This document shows, in pieces, positions 47,717 to 56,272 of a DNA stretch of 64,000 nt. Made by a program: the position numbers and the translations under genes. The notes beneath the pieces are model-generated. The model saw nothing but the letters and a program-made list of their open reading frames with translations. It was not told the DNA's origin and ran no database searches. Source of the DNA: Myxococcota bacterium (GTDB lineage: Bacteria > Myxococcota_A > UBA796 > SXON01); NCBI GenBank assembly GCA_040386535.1, contig JAZKFH010000002.1, forward strand, positions 123,578-187,577, given 5' to 3'. The first letter of the stretch is position 1. The number at the start of each line of letters is the position of its first letter.

Positions 47717-47742
47717 AATGGGACCCGGGGTACGGTGCCCGT

Positions 47743-47771
47743 ATACTCGATCTCCGCAGGCAGGAAGTCAA
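47743..47771 (-). promoter_or_regulatory. Possible sigma70-type promoter for VWA operon
   Basis: TTGACT-17 nt-GAGTAT on minus strand, about 27 nt before the TTG start. Confidence 0.35.
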
Positions 47772-47837
47772 GCCTCCCCGCCGGAAACAGAAAGTCACGC
47801 GTAACAACCCGATGCGAACAATTCGCCGGAGTGGCCG

Positions 47838-48380
47838 CTACCCCTCGCCATCCGAGAAGCGCCAGACCTGCACACGCGTGATCTCCTCCGCGCCCCGTGC
47901 CACTCTGATCAGGCGGATGCGTCGGAAGCCCCAGGCGTTGAGCAACCGGAACTCGAGTGACAACGACTGATACTCGTCCGTTGCCGGAGGGAAACCGAGC
48001 TGACCCAGGGCCTCCGTGCGGCGCACCGGCTCGGGCAGCGGCACCTCGATCATCTGGATGGTGTCGCCCGAGAGACGCAAGGTGCCGCGCTCGAACACGA
48101 TCTCGCGGGCGCCCGCCTGCGCCTCCCGTTCTTCGATCACGGCGCCGAGCTGCTGCTCCACTTCGGCGCGCGCCGACCGGTAGCCGCGTCCGCCGAAGTG
48201 GCGTGCGTCGATGTAGACGCCCTCCGGCTTCACGTAGGTGGCGTCGATGTTCTCGGGGGTCACGCGGAGCTCGGCGGCCGCGCGGCGGGCGGCGACCTGC
48301 TCGACCGTCTCGGGCACGTCGACCGCGCGCAACACGGGCTCCGGACCATCACAGGCGAGCAGGAGGAGGAGGAGGTTCAC
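47838..48380 (-). CDS. Hypothetical lipoprotein
   Basis: LLLLLAC lipobox; TATCAT 6 nt upstream of GTG. Confidence 0.7.
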   Translation of the reverse strand: MNLLLLLLACDGPEPVLRAVDVPETVEQVAARRAAAELRVTPENIDATYVKPEGVYIDARHFGGRGYRSARAEVEQQLGAVIEEREAQAGAREIVFERGTLRLSGDTIQMIEVPLPEPVRRTEALGQLGFPPATDEYQSLSLEFRLLNAWGFRRIRLIRVARGAEEITRVQVWRFSDGEG

Positions 48381-48430
48381 GACGGCATGATAGCGCGCCG
48401 CCGTGGCGCCCTGCGTTAGGTGCCCTGCCG

Positions 48431-48658
48431 ATGCGAGTCACCGCCCTCTACTTCGCCACGTTGCGCGAGCGGCGCGGCACCCCCTCCGAGCCGGTCGAGC
48501 TCCCCGAGGGCACCACCGCGCGGGGCGCCTTCGTGCGGATCTTCCCCGGCCTCGACCTCACCGTGGCCTACGCGGTCAACCGCGCTACCGTCGCGTCCGA
48601 CACCGTGCTCGTGGACGGCGACGAGGTGGCCTTCCTTCCCCCCCTCGGCGGTGGCTGA
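48431..48658 (+). CDS. moaD: Molybdopterin synthase sulfur carrier MoaD
   Basis: YFATLRE, AVN, GDEVAFLPPLGGG C-terminus; coupled to moaE. Confidence 0.92.
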   Translation: MRVTALYFATLRERRGTPSEPVELPEGTTARGAFVRIFPGLDLTVAYAVNRATVASDTVLVDGDEVAFLPPLGGG

Positions 48659-49110
48659 TGGTGCTCCTCACCGACTCTCCCCTCGACGTGCGTGCCCTGG
48701 AGGACGCGGTGCGCGCCCCGGGCCACGGCGCCCTCCTCACGTTCGCCGGAGTGGCCCGCGACGACGGCACCCCTCCCCTCCGCGCCCTGTTCTACGAGGC
48801 CTGGCACGACGTGGCGCTGCGCGAGTTGAACCAGGTGGCAGACGACACGCGCGCCCGCTGGCCCGACGTGCGCGTCGCGATCGCGCACCGCACGGGCGAG
48901 GTCGCCGTGGGCGAGCCCAGCGTGGTCGTGGCGGTCGGCGCCCCCCATCGGGACGAATGTTACGCGGCCTCCCGCTTCGCGATCGACACGCTCAAGGCCA
49001 CCGTCCGTATCTGGAAGAAAGAGATCTACGCGGACGGGGGCGCCTGGGTGGCGAACCGCCCCGTCCCCGCGCAAGCCGACGGGCGCGAGCCCGAGGGAGA
49101 CGACACGTGA
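48658..49110 (+). CDS. moaE: Molybdopterin synthase catalytic subunit MoaE
   Basis: FAGVAR, LFYEA, HRTG, HR, IDTLK...IWKKE. Confidence 0.92.
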   Translation: MVLLTDSPLDVRALEDAVRAPGHGALLTFAGVARDDGTPPLRALFYEAWHDVALRELNQVADDTRARWPDVRVAIAHRTGEVAVGEPSVVVAVGAPHRDECYAASRFAIDTLKATVRIWKKEIYADGGAWVANRPVPAQADGREPEGDDT

Positions 49111-49928
49111 GGCCCGGCAACCATCAGCCCTTCCGCGACATGTTGCCCGAGGACGTGCCCCGCCCCGACGTGAACCCCTACGTGGTCGCCCATCGCGAGT
49201 TCGGCGACGAGATCGTGACCGGCTCCGACGCGCCTGCGCTCAAGGACAAGTGGCCCGAGGTGTTCGAGCGTGTGGCCCCCATGCACCTCGAAATCGGATC
49301 GGGAAACGGGTTCTATCTATCCGGAATGGCAGAGCAACACCCGGATCAGGATTGGGTCGGCGTCGAGATCCGGTTCAAGCGCGTGGTGCTTGTCGCGAAG
49401 AAGCTGCGCATGGCCGGGCTCAAGAACGCGCGCATCGTGCGTTACGACGCGCGGGCGCTCGACTCCTTGTTCCCGCAGGGCTCGCTCGCGGGTGTACACA
49501 TCAACCACCCCGACCCGTGGGAGCGCGAGTCCAAGCGGCACCACCGCCTGATCGACCGCGGCTTCATCGAGCTCATCACCGGCCTGTGCGCCCCGGGCGC
49601 CGAGCTGCGCCTGAAGACCGACTTCGGGCCCCACGTCAAGGCGCTGCTCAAGGCCTGCGAGGGCCTCCCCTGGGAGGTCGTGGGCGTGCGCACCGATGTC
49701 GACGAGCAGGGCCCCATCTGGAACGACGACGTGGTGACCAACTACCAGCGCAAGGCGCGCGTACGCGGCGTGCCGGTCCACGCGGCCTGCCTGCGCCGCA
49801 TCGCCAGCGGGAGCAACAGCATCAGCGCGGCGCCGCCGGAGCCGCAGCCCTTGCCGCAACCGTCGAGCTCGGAGGCCCCCTCGTCCGTCGGGTCCGTGCC
49901 GAGCACCCACTCCTCCACGTTGACGTAG
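49107..49928 (+). CDS. trmB: tRNA (guanine-N7)-methyltransferase TrmB
   Basis: LEIGSGNG, GVE, PDPW, HHRL, LKTD, TNYQRK. Confidence 0.9.
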   Translation: MRPGNHQPFRDMLPEDVPRPDVNPYVVAHREFGDEIVTGSDAPALKDKWPEVFERVAPMHLEIGSGNGFYLSGMAEQHPDQDWVGVEIRFKRVVLVAKKLRMAGLKNARIVRYDARALDSLFPQGSLAGVHINHPDPWERESKRHHRLIDRGFIELITGLCAPGAELRLKTDFGPHVKALLKACEGLPWEVVGVRTDVDEQGPIWNDDVVTNYQRKARVRGVPVHAACLRRIASGSNSISAAPPEPQPLPQPSSSEAPSSVGSVPSTHSSTLT

Positions 49929-51514
49929 CCGTCGCCGTCGGGATCCTCGCCGGCGTCGTCCCGGTCGGGATCCAGGCCGTTGTCGGCCTCCCACGCATCG
50001 CCCATGGCGTCGTGGTCGTCGTCGGAGAAGAGCGTGAAGTCCACGCTCGTGCGCGCCTCACCGGCCACCAGGCTGGTCACCGTCGCGTCTGCCGCGGCGA
50101 GGTGGTCCGGCCAGTGTACGGTCACCCAGCCCGCGTCGTTCGGGCAGTAGTGCGCGTAGGAGGCCCGCAGCGTGTACTCCGTGCCCGGGAGCCCCTGGAT
50201 GGTGTAGACGCCGTCGGCGTTCGTGACGCCCACCTCGGTGTTCTCCCCGCTGATCGCGCTCGCGTAGACGTAGGCGCCGTAGATCGGCTCCCCGTCGTCG
50301 CCGCGCACGGTCCCCGAGAACGAGGCGCCCGCGGGCATCTCGACGGTGATGGCGGTCTCGCCGTCGACCACGATGGCGAGCGGGGCGCCGGCGTCGTCGC
50401 GCACGTAGTCGTCGGTGAGCCCCACGTCCGCGCCATAGACCGAGAGGAAGTACGTGCCGGGGTGCAGCGCCTCGATGGTGAGCTGGCCCGCCTCGTCCAG
50501 CGCGCCGCCGCGGCCGACCGTGTAGGTGTCGTTGTAGAGGAGGACGGAGGCCTCCGACAGGTCCCCCAGCGCGGCCAACGTGACGGTGAGCGTGCTCGCC
50601 GGGCCCAGGTCGAGGTCGACCCCGGTGGCGACCTGCCCCTCGTCGGGCACGGAGACCCGCTCTCCGGGGCGATCGGCGTCCGGGTAGTAGGACGTGGCGA
50701 GGCCGGGGGACGACGACCACGCGGTCACGTCGCCCGGGGGCAGCCCGTCCGCGACGTAGGCGCCCTCGGCGTCGATGGAGACCGACAACACCTGCGACGG
50801 GCTGTAGACGTAGACCGTGCCCGACGCGACCGGACCGTCGGGCCCGCTCACCGTGCCGGTCACCATGATGCCGTCGAGCAGCGGCTGATCCCCGGCGTCG
50901 TCGGCCTCGCCGAGCACGATGTCGAACAGGGCGGCGGTCCCCTCGTCGTAGGTGGGGGCGAGGTACTGCCGGGGGTAGCCGCTCGCGGCGATGTACGCGG
51001 CGTACGGCTCGGACTCGCCTTCGTCGCTGTCGAGGCCGACGATCGTGAAGACCCCGTCCGCGTCGGTGGAGCCGAGGCGGCTCACCAGCGACGATCGCTC
51101 GGACTGGCCGAGGGCGAGCACCTGCGCACCGACGACGGGTGAGCCGTCCGTCGCGAGGATGCGGCCCGTGAGGGAGCCGCCCTCCGGCAGGGCGAAGTCG
51201 AGGTTCTCGATGATCGCGGCGGTGTCGACCTCGACGACCTCCGCGTCGCAGAAGTCCCACGTGTCGGGCAGGAAGCGGTCGACCCGCGGATCACCGTCGG
51301 ACGGCATGGCCCGCAGGCGGTATCGACCGGGTGGCAGCGAGCCCAACAGGAAGCCGCCGTCGCTCACGGTGCGGGCGCTGGCGTAGTTCAGCCGCGCGTC
51401 GTAGGCGACAACGTCCACCGACGGGACGGGCGCGCCTTCGGCGTCGAGCACGGTGCCCTTGAGCGTGGCGGCGAGCCCCGAGGGCAGAAGCGCCGTGGAG
51501 AGCAGGAGGATCAC
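49742..51514 (-). CDS. Secreted carboxypeptidase-regulatory-like repeat protein with TSP3-like repeat and MYXO-CTERM-like tail
   Basis: Repeated GxVxxxxGxP...TxxxGxF/Y units; DDDHDAMGDAWE...DPDGDG; GCGKGCG-hydrophobic-RRR tail. Confidence 0.8.
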   Translation of the reverse strand: MILLLSTALLPSGLAATLKGTVLDAEGAPVPSVDVVAYDARLNYASARTVSDGGFLLGSLPPGRYRLRAMPSDGDPRVDRFLPDTWDFCDAEVVEVDTAAIIENLDFALPEGGSLTGRILATDGSPVVGAQVLALGQSERSSLVSRLGSTDADGVFTIVGLDSDEGESEPYAAYIAASGYPRQYLAPTYDEGTAALFDIVLGEADDAGDQPLLDGIMVTGTVSGPDGPVASGTVYVYSPSQVLSVSIDAEGAYVADGLPPGDVTAWSSSPGLATSYYPDADRPGERVSVPDEGQVATGVDLDLGPASTLTVTLAALGDLSEASVLLYNDTYTVGRGGALDEAGQLTIEALHPGTYFLSVYGADVGLTDDYVRDDAGAPLAIVVDGETAITVEMPAGASFSGTVRGDDGEPIYGAYVYASAISGENTEVGVTNADGVYTIQGLPGTEYTLRASYAHYCPNDAGWVTVHWPDHLAAADATVTSLVAGEARTSVDFTLFSDDDHDAMGDAWEADNGLDPDRDDAGEDPDGDGYVNVEEWVLGTDPTDEGASELDGCGKGCGSGGAALMLLLPLAMRRRQAAWTGTPRTRALRW

Positions 51515-52428
51515 GGGGGGCTCCGGGGCGCATCGGGGACGGGGAGGCCGGCGGAAGGGGCGTCCGCCGGGGCGTCCGGGAGGCCCTCCGGCGGAAAGGT
51601 GCGGACGCGCCAGCCCGCGCGAGCCAGCGCTGCGGCGACGGGGGACAGCGCCGCGGCCACGGGGGCGCCCTCGGCCTGGACGAAGTGGATGTCGACCGCT
51701 TCCGGACGCAGGCCCCACCAGTCGAGGAGCGCGACGACGCCGTCCCCCCGCGCGCTCGAGCAGCCGGAGAGCACCACCGCCGTGGTCGGATCGTTCCGCC
51801 CCGCGAGGGCGAACAGGCGCCGTGCGGCCGCGGCTTCCGGCCCCTCGGGCTCGACCCGGGCGGACCGGCCGAGCCACGAGGCCGCCGCCACCACGCCGAG
51901 CAGCCCGACGATGCCGACGAGCCAGCCCGTGTGGCCCGCCGCGAGCCCCAGCAGGGCCACCGCGACCGCGGCGAGCGTGACCAGCGGCAAGCGTGGCGCG
52001 ACCCGGGTCCGATCGGTCGCGGCCACCACGATCCGGCGCGTCTTCTGGGTGTACGGACGGAGCACGAGCGACCAGCACGGGCGCTTCGGTAGGAACGTGT
52101 CCAGGCACGGCCAACCCATCGCGCGCAACGCAGCGGACAGCGCGATCCCCGAGAGAAGCCACACGCCGGCGTTCAACCCGGCGGCCGCCGCTGCGAACGC
52201 GACGAGCGCGGCGCAAGCGTGCGCGATGTCCCCGGCATGCGGCGGAGGGGTGGCGACGTGTCCGAAGAGGCGCGCGCCAACGACGCCACTGCCCCGCGCT
52301 CGCACGAGCAGGTTTTCGAGGGCCAGACGCTCCGCTGGGGCGCCCGCGTCCACCGGGAGGAGGATCGCCTCGGAACCTCGGCTGGCACCGGCGTTCGCCG
52401 CGCCGATCGCGGCTGTAGCTAGCGGCAA
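51511..52428 (-). CDS. Hypothetical membrane protein resembling degenerate M28 peptidase
   Basis: GGAGG before TTG; TM hairpins flanking RRIVVAATD; later VVLSGCSS...G; coupled to downstream gene. Confidence 0.5.
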   Translation of the reverse strand: MPLATAAIGAANAGASRGSEAILLPVDAGAPAERLALENLLVRARGSGVVGARLFGHVATPPPHAGDIAHACAALVAFAAAAAGLNAGVWLLSGIALSAALRAMGWPCLDTFLPKRPCWSLVLRPYTQKTRRIVVAATDRTRVAPRLPLVTLAAVAVALLGLAAGHTGWLVGIVGLLGVVAAASWLGRSARVEPEGPEAAAARRLFALAGRNDPTTAVVLSGCSSARGDGVVALLDWWGLRPEAVDIHFVQAEGAPVAAALSPVAAALARAGWRVRTFPPEGLPDAPADAPSAGLPVPDAPRSPP

Positions 52429-52544
52429 GGGGCCCTCCGGGCTATACCTTAGCCCCGGCGGGGCGCGCCGTCGCCCCCGGACGCGTGCTTGCGGGGCGGG
52501 GCCGCGATCCTTACCATCGACTTACACGCGAGAGGTGGAAACAC

Positions 52545-53306
52545 ATGCGTTTCCGAGGTCAGGAGTACACCGGCAAGGGCCAGACGATCGCGATCGTGGA
52601 CAGCGGCGTGGACGTTCGCGACCCCCGCCTCGCGAAGGCGGAAGTCATCGGGATGGGGATCTCCATGAGCGCGACCGCGCACGTGCTCATCGCGGGCGAC
52701 TACGCCGACGAGAATGGGCACGGCACCGAGATCGCCGCGGCAATCCACAGCATCGCCCCAGACGCGAAGCTCTTGTGCATCAAGATCATGGACGCGCGGC
52801 TGCGTACCAGCGCCGATCTGATGGCCGCGGGCATCGAGCTCGGCTCCCGGAACGGTGCCGGCATCATCAACCTCTCCCTCGGCACGCCGAACATGGGCAA
52901 GGCCCTGCTGCTGCGGGACTGCTGTGCCCTCGCGGTCGAGCAGGGATCGGTCGTCCTCGCGGCGGCGCACCCGAAGGGCGAGCGCGCCTACCCGGCCGAC
53001 CTCCCGGAGACCGTGGGCGTGGCCAGCCACCCCGACTGCCCGATCGAGAAGTACTACTTCTTCGCCCCGCACCGGTTCCCCGCCAAGCAGTGGGGCGCCC
53101 TCACGGGCAAGTTCCTCACGCATGGGAACACCATCCTGCCCGACGGGCAGCGTGGCGGGTACCGTGGCTCCGGGCTCGCGACCGCCTACCTGTCGGGCCG
53201 CGCCGCGTGCCTGCGTGAGGCCCTCGCCGGCGAAGGCGCGCAGCAGGTGATCGAGGTGCTGCGCCAGTCCGCGCTCACCCCGGTACCCGAGATCGGGTAC
53301 GCCTGA
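52545..53306 (+). CDS. Small S8 subtilase-family protein (nucleophile motif altered)
   Basis: IAIVDSG, NGHGT, IINLSLG, YPA; GSGLATAYLSG at the Ser motif; no signal peptide or propeptide. Confidence 0.85.
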   Translation: MRFRGQEYTGKGQTIAIVDSGVDVRDPRLAKAEVIGMGISMSATAHVLIAGDYADENGHGTEIAAAIHSIAPDAKLLCIKIMDARLRTSADLMAAGIELGSRNGAGIINLSLGTPNMGKALLLRDCCALAVEQGSVVLAAAHPKGERAYPADLPETVGVASHPDCPIEKYYFFAPHRFPAKQWGALTGKFLTHGNTILPDGQRGGYRGSGLATAYLSGRAACLREALAGEGAQQVIEVLRQSALTPVPEIGYA

Positions 53307-54763
53307 TCCCGATCCTGCTGGCCATCCTCCCGGCAGCCCACGCCAGCCCGGTGGAGATCTTTGGGTTCGGCGCCCGGAAAATGGGGCGCGCGGGCGGAGG
53401 TGTGGCCGTCGATGACGGCGCGGAGAACGTGCTCCTCAACCCCGCCGCCTTGCCGGGACGGCTCTACCCGGAGCTGTCCTTCGGGTTTCTCGGCGCGCAG
53501 ATGTCGTTCGCCGACCTCCCGCCCCTCACGTGGGACACGAACCGCGACGGCCTGCTCAACGACAATGACGCGCCCCTCGCGCTCGAGGCCAACTACGATC
53601 CCGTCCAGGCCGTGATCATCGGGGCCACACGCCCCCTCGGCCCCACCCTCGGCGTGGGGTTCGGCCTGCTCGTCCCGGTGCAGCGGATCCTCCGCCTGTC
53701 CACGTTCGAACCCGCGCTGCCGACCTACTTCATGTACTCGAACCGCGTCCAGAGCTACGAGCTCGGCCTGGGCGCGGGCTGGCGCCCGTGGGGTGGCCTC
53801 GCCATCGGCGCGGGTGTCGCGATGATCCCGCGCGCCCGCTACAGTCTCGACGCCACGCTCGATCTGACGGTGTCCGGCGCCGAGGAGGGCGATGGCGCCG
53901 GAGACGTGGTCGCCATGGGCCTCGACGTGCACCACATGCAGCTCGACCTCATCCCCGGCTTCTCCCCGCACCTCGCGTTGCATTGGGACGCGGGCAAGGC
54001 CGTGCCCGCGCTCGACGGGCTGGTGCTGGGCGCCTCCTGGCGCGGCGAGGCGGGGCTGCCGGTCGACGTGGAGATCGATCTTCAGATCAACGCGGGCACC
54101 GAGGAGGTCGAGGATCTCGACGAGATCGTGCTCCCCCTGGTGATGGCCATCCAGCTCGGCGTGTACGACCACTACGTGCCCGAACAGTGGGTGGGCGGCG
54201 CGGCGTACACCCTCGCGAAGACGCTCACGCTCTCCGGCGAGGTGCGGTTCACCCGCTGGGATCGCATGCAGGTGAGCATCGCGCACGTGACCGGGTCGAC
54301 CGTGAAGGGGGCGGCGGTCGACTTCGGCGAGGATCCGGTGGCGGACGGCAACCCGGCGGCGATCACCATGCAGCCCACGGTCGCGCCGCGTGTCGGCATG
54401 GATTTGCGCCTCCCCGGCATCGACGGGGGCACCCGCTTCGGGGACGTTCGGATCCTGGCCCGCGGCGGCTTCGGCTACGAGCCCACGCCCCTGGTCAGCC
54501 AGACATCGGCCTCCGCGCTGCTGGACGCCGACCGCGTCATCTTCTCCGTCGGGCTCGGCCTCGAACACGACGACCCTTTTCGCAAGACAGAGGACCGCCG
54601 GGTCCGGCTGGACGGGTATTTCCAGTACCATCTGCTCGCGTCCGGCGAGCTGTCGCGTCCGGAACCGCAAGAGCCGACGCCGGGTTATCCGGTCGGCGGC
54701 TCACCGATCCCCATCGGCGGCCACCTGCTTGCCGCGGGCCTGCAGTGGAGCCTCGAGTACTGA
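53303..54763 (+). CDS. FadL/OmpP1-like outer-membrane channel
   Basis: FGFGARKMGRAGG, NPAAL, RGGFGYEPTP; signal peptide only complete if started at CTG 53303 (track start 53351). Confidence 0.78.
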   Translation: MIPILLAILPAAHASPVEIFGFGARKMGRAGGGVAVDDGAENVLLNPAALPGRLYPELSFGFLGAQMSFADLPPLTWDTNRDGLLNDNDAPLALEANYDPVQAVIIGATRPLGPTLGVGFGLLVPVQRILRLSTFEPALPTYFMYSNRVQSYELGLGAGWRPWGGLAIGAGVAMIPRARYSLDATLDLTVSGAEEGDGAGDVVAMGLDVHHMQLDLIPGFSPHLALHWDAGKAVPALDGLVLGASWRGEAGLPVDVEIDLQINAGTEEVEDLDEIVLPLVMAIQLGVYDHYVPEQWVGGAAYTLAKTLTLSGEVRFTRWDRMQVSIAHVTGSTVKGAAVDFGEDPVADGNPAAITMQPTVAPRVGMDLRLPGIDGGTRFGDVRILARGGFGYEPTPLVSQTSASALLDADRVIFSVGLGLEHDDPFRKTEDRRVRLDGYFQYHLLASGELSRPEPQEPTPGYPVGGSPIPIGGHLLAAGLQWSLEY

Positions 54764-56272
54764 ATGCCCTCCCCTCTCCTCTCCCTCGCCCAGTGGGCTC
54801 GAGCGCTCCGCGCCTCTGACATCCCGGACGACGTGCTGCGCCTCGCTCGCCTCCAACATCTGGGCGCAGCCGGCGCCGCGCGCGCCTCCGTGGCGACCCC
54901 CGAGGGGGCCCGCATCACGGCCGATCTCGCGCCGGGCACCGCGGCCGTCGTCGGGGGCGGCACCGCTTCTCCGAAGGCCGCCGCCGCCGCGCACGCGGGC
55001 CTCGCCGCGCTCCACGACTATGACGACTACCTGCTCGCCGGGCGCGCCAGCCTCGCCGCCGTGCCCGCCGTGTGGGCGTCGGCCGCGGGCCACACGGTCG
55101 AGGATCTGCTGGTCGCCACGGTGATCGGCAACGAGATCGGCGGGCGCATCGGCCTCGCGCTGCTCCTCGGGCCCCGCCACACCCGTACGGACACGTTCGT
55201 GCCCGCCGCCGCCGCCGCCGCCGCCGCCGCGTGGCTCGCCGGGGCGGACGCCGACACGATCGCGCGCGCCGTCAGCGTCGCGCTCCAGCAGGGCAAGCGC
55301 CTCACCCCGGCCGACGCCGCCGCGGATCCCGTGGCCGTGGGCGCGCGCACCGCGGCCGCCGCGATGGACGCGGTGGGCCGCGCGCGCACCGAGGGCAGCC
55401 TCGACCTGCTCGACGAGGGCAGCGTCTTCTACGGGCCGCTCTCCCAGCAGCCGCTCCACGGCGCCTATGGCGGGCTCGGCCGCGCCTGGCTCACGCGCAC
55501 GCTCGTCATCAAGCCCGAGGCCGTGATGACCTGGGGCGGCGTGGCGCTCCAGGGCGTCAACGAGATCCTCAAGCGCCACATCAAGGCCTCCGACAAGCGG
55601 CTCCGGGCCGAGCAGGTCGAGCGCATCGAGATCCGCGTCGGCATGTTGCCCTGGGCGATGGACCACGCCGCGGTCGGGATCGACGGGGCGTCGGCCTGGT
55701 CGCTCAAGCGCGCGGTGGGCGTGCTCGTGGCCCGCAACGACCTGCGCCCGCAGGACCTGACGCCCGAGGCCCTCGCGGAGAAGGCCACGGAGATCGAGCA
55801 CGTCGCCTCCCGGGTGGAGGTCGTGCACGACTGGGCCCTGTCGGTCTCGATGGTCGAGAGCTTCACTCGCGTGCTCGGGCCGCTGGTCTCGGGCCTCTCC
55901 CCGATGCAGCTCCGGCAGGTCCGCACGCGCCTCAAGGAGGCCGGCGGCTGGCCCGAGTGGCACCGGGGTGACCTCTGGCCGATGCTGCGCGCCCGCCCCG
56001 ACCGGGTGGTCCGCAACCTCCAGGCCGCCGGGGGAGACCTCGGGGACATCGATCTGACCACGTTCCGGTGGCAGGTGCCCGTCGAGATCAAGCTCTACAC
56101 GACGCGCGGCGGCTGGTGGCCCGAGCGCCGCTCCCTGCCCGCTGGCAGCGTGGCGACCGGCGACATCGAGGCCGTGGCGCTCGCGAAGCATGGGGGTACG
56201 AACGCGGTCGCCCTCGCGGGCGTCGACGCGAAGTCGGACGGCTCGGCGTGGGTGAAGGAGCTGTTGGCGTGA
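54764..56272 (+). CDS. MmgE/PrpD-family protein (divergent)
   Basis: LRASDIPDDV, AALHDYDD, GNEIGGRI, IARAVSVA, GLGRAW...IKP, VERIEIRV. Confidence 0.75.
   Translation: MPSPLLSLAQWARALRASDIPDDVLRLARLQHLGAAGAARASVATPEGARITADLAPGTAAVVGGGTASPKAAAAAHAGLAALHDYDDYLLAGRASLAAVPAVWASAAGHTVEDLLVATVIGNEIGGRIGLALLLGPRHTRTDTFVPAAAAAAAAAWLAGADADTIARAVSVALQQGKRLTPADAAADPVAVGARTAAAAMDAVGRARTEGSLDLLDEGSVFYGPLSQQPLHGAYGGLGRAWLTRTLVIKPEAVMTWGGVALQGVNEILKRHIKASDKRLRAEQVERIEIRVGMLPWAMDHAAVGIDGASAWSLKRAVGVLVARNDLRPQDLTPEALAEKATEIEHVASRVEVVHDWALSVSMVESFTRVLGPLVSGLSPMQLRQVRTRLKEAGGWPEWHRGDLWPMLRARPDRVVRNLQAAGGDLGDIDLTTFRWQVPVEIKLYTTRGGWWPERRSLPAGSVATGDIEAVALAKHGGTNAVALAGVDAKSDGSAWVKELLA

Noticed and set aside
48431..49110. 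MoaD plus distant JAB domain as a bacterial ubiquitin-like conjugation system
   Set aside because: MoaD is coupled to MoaE (molybdopterin synthase); no E1/E2 genes; JAB is 14 kb away
55205..55228. (GCC)8 tract as a phase-variation switch
   Set aside because: Triplet repeat encoding poly-Ala in a normally Ala-rich helix; slippage would not shift frame
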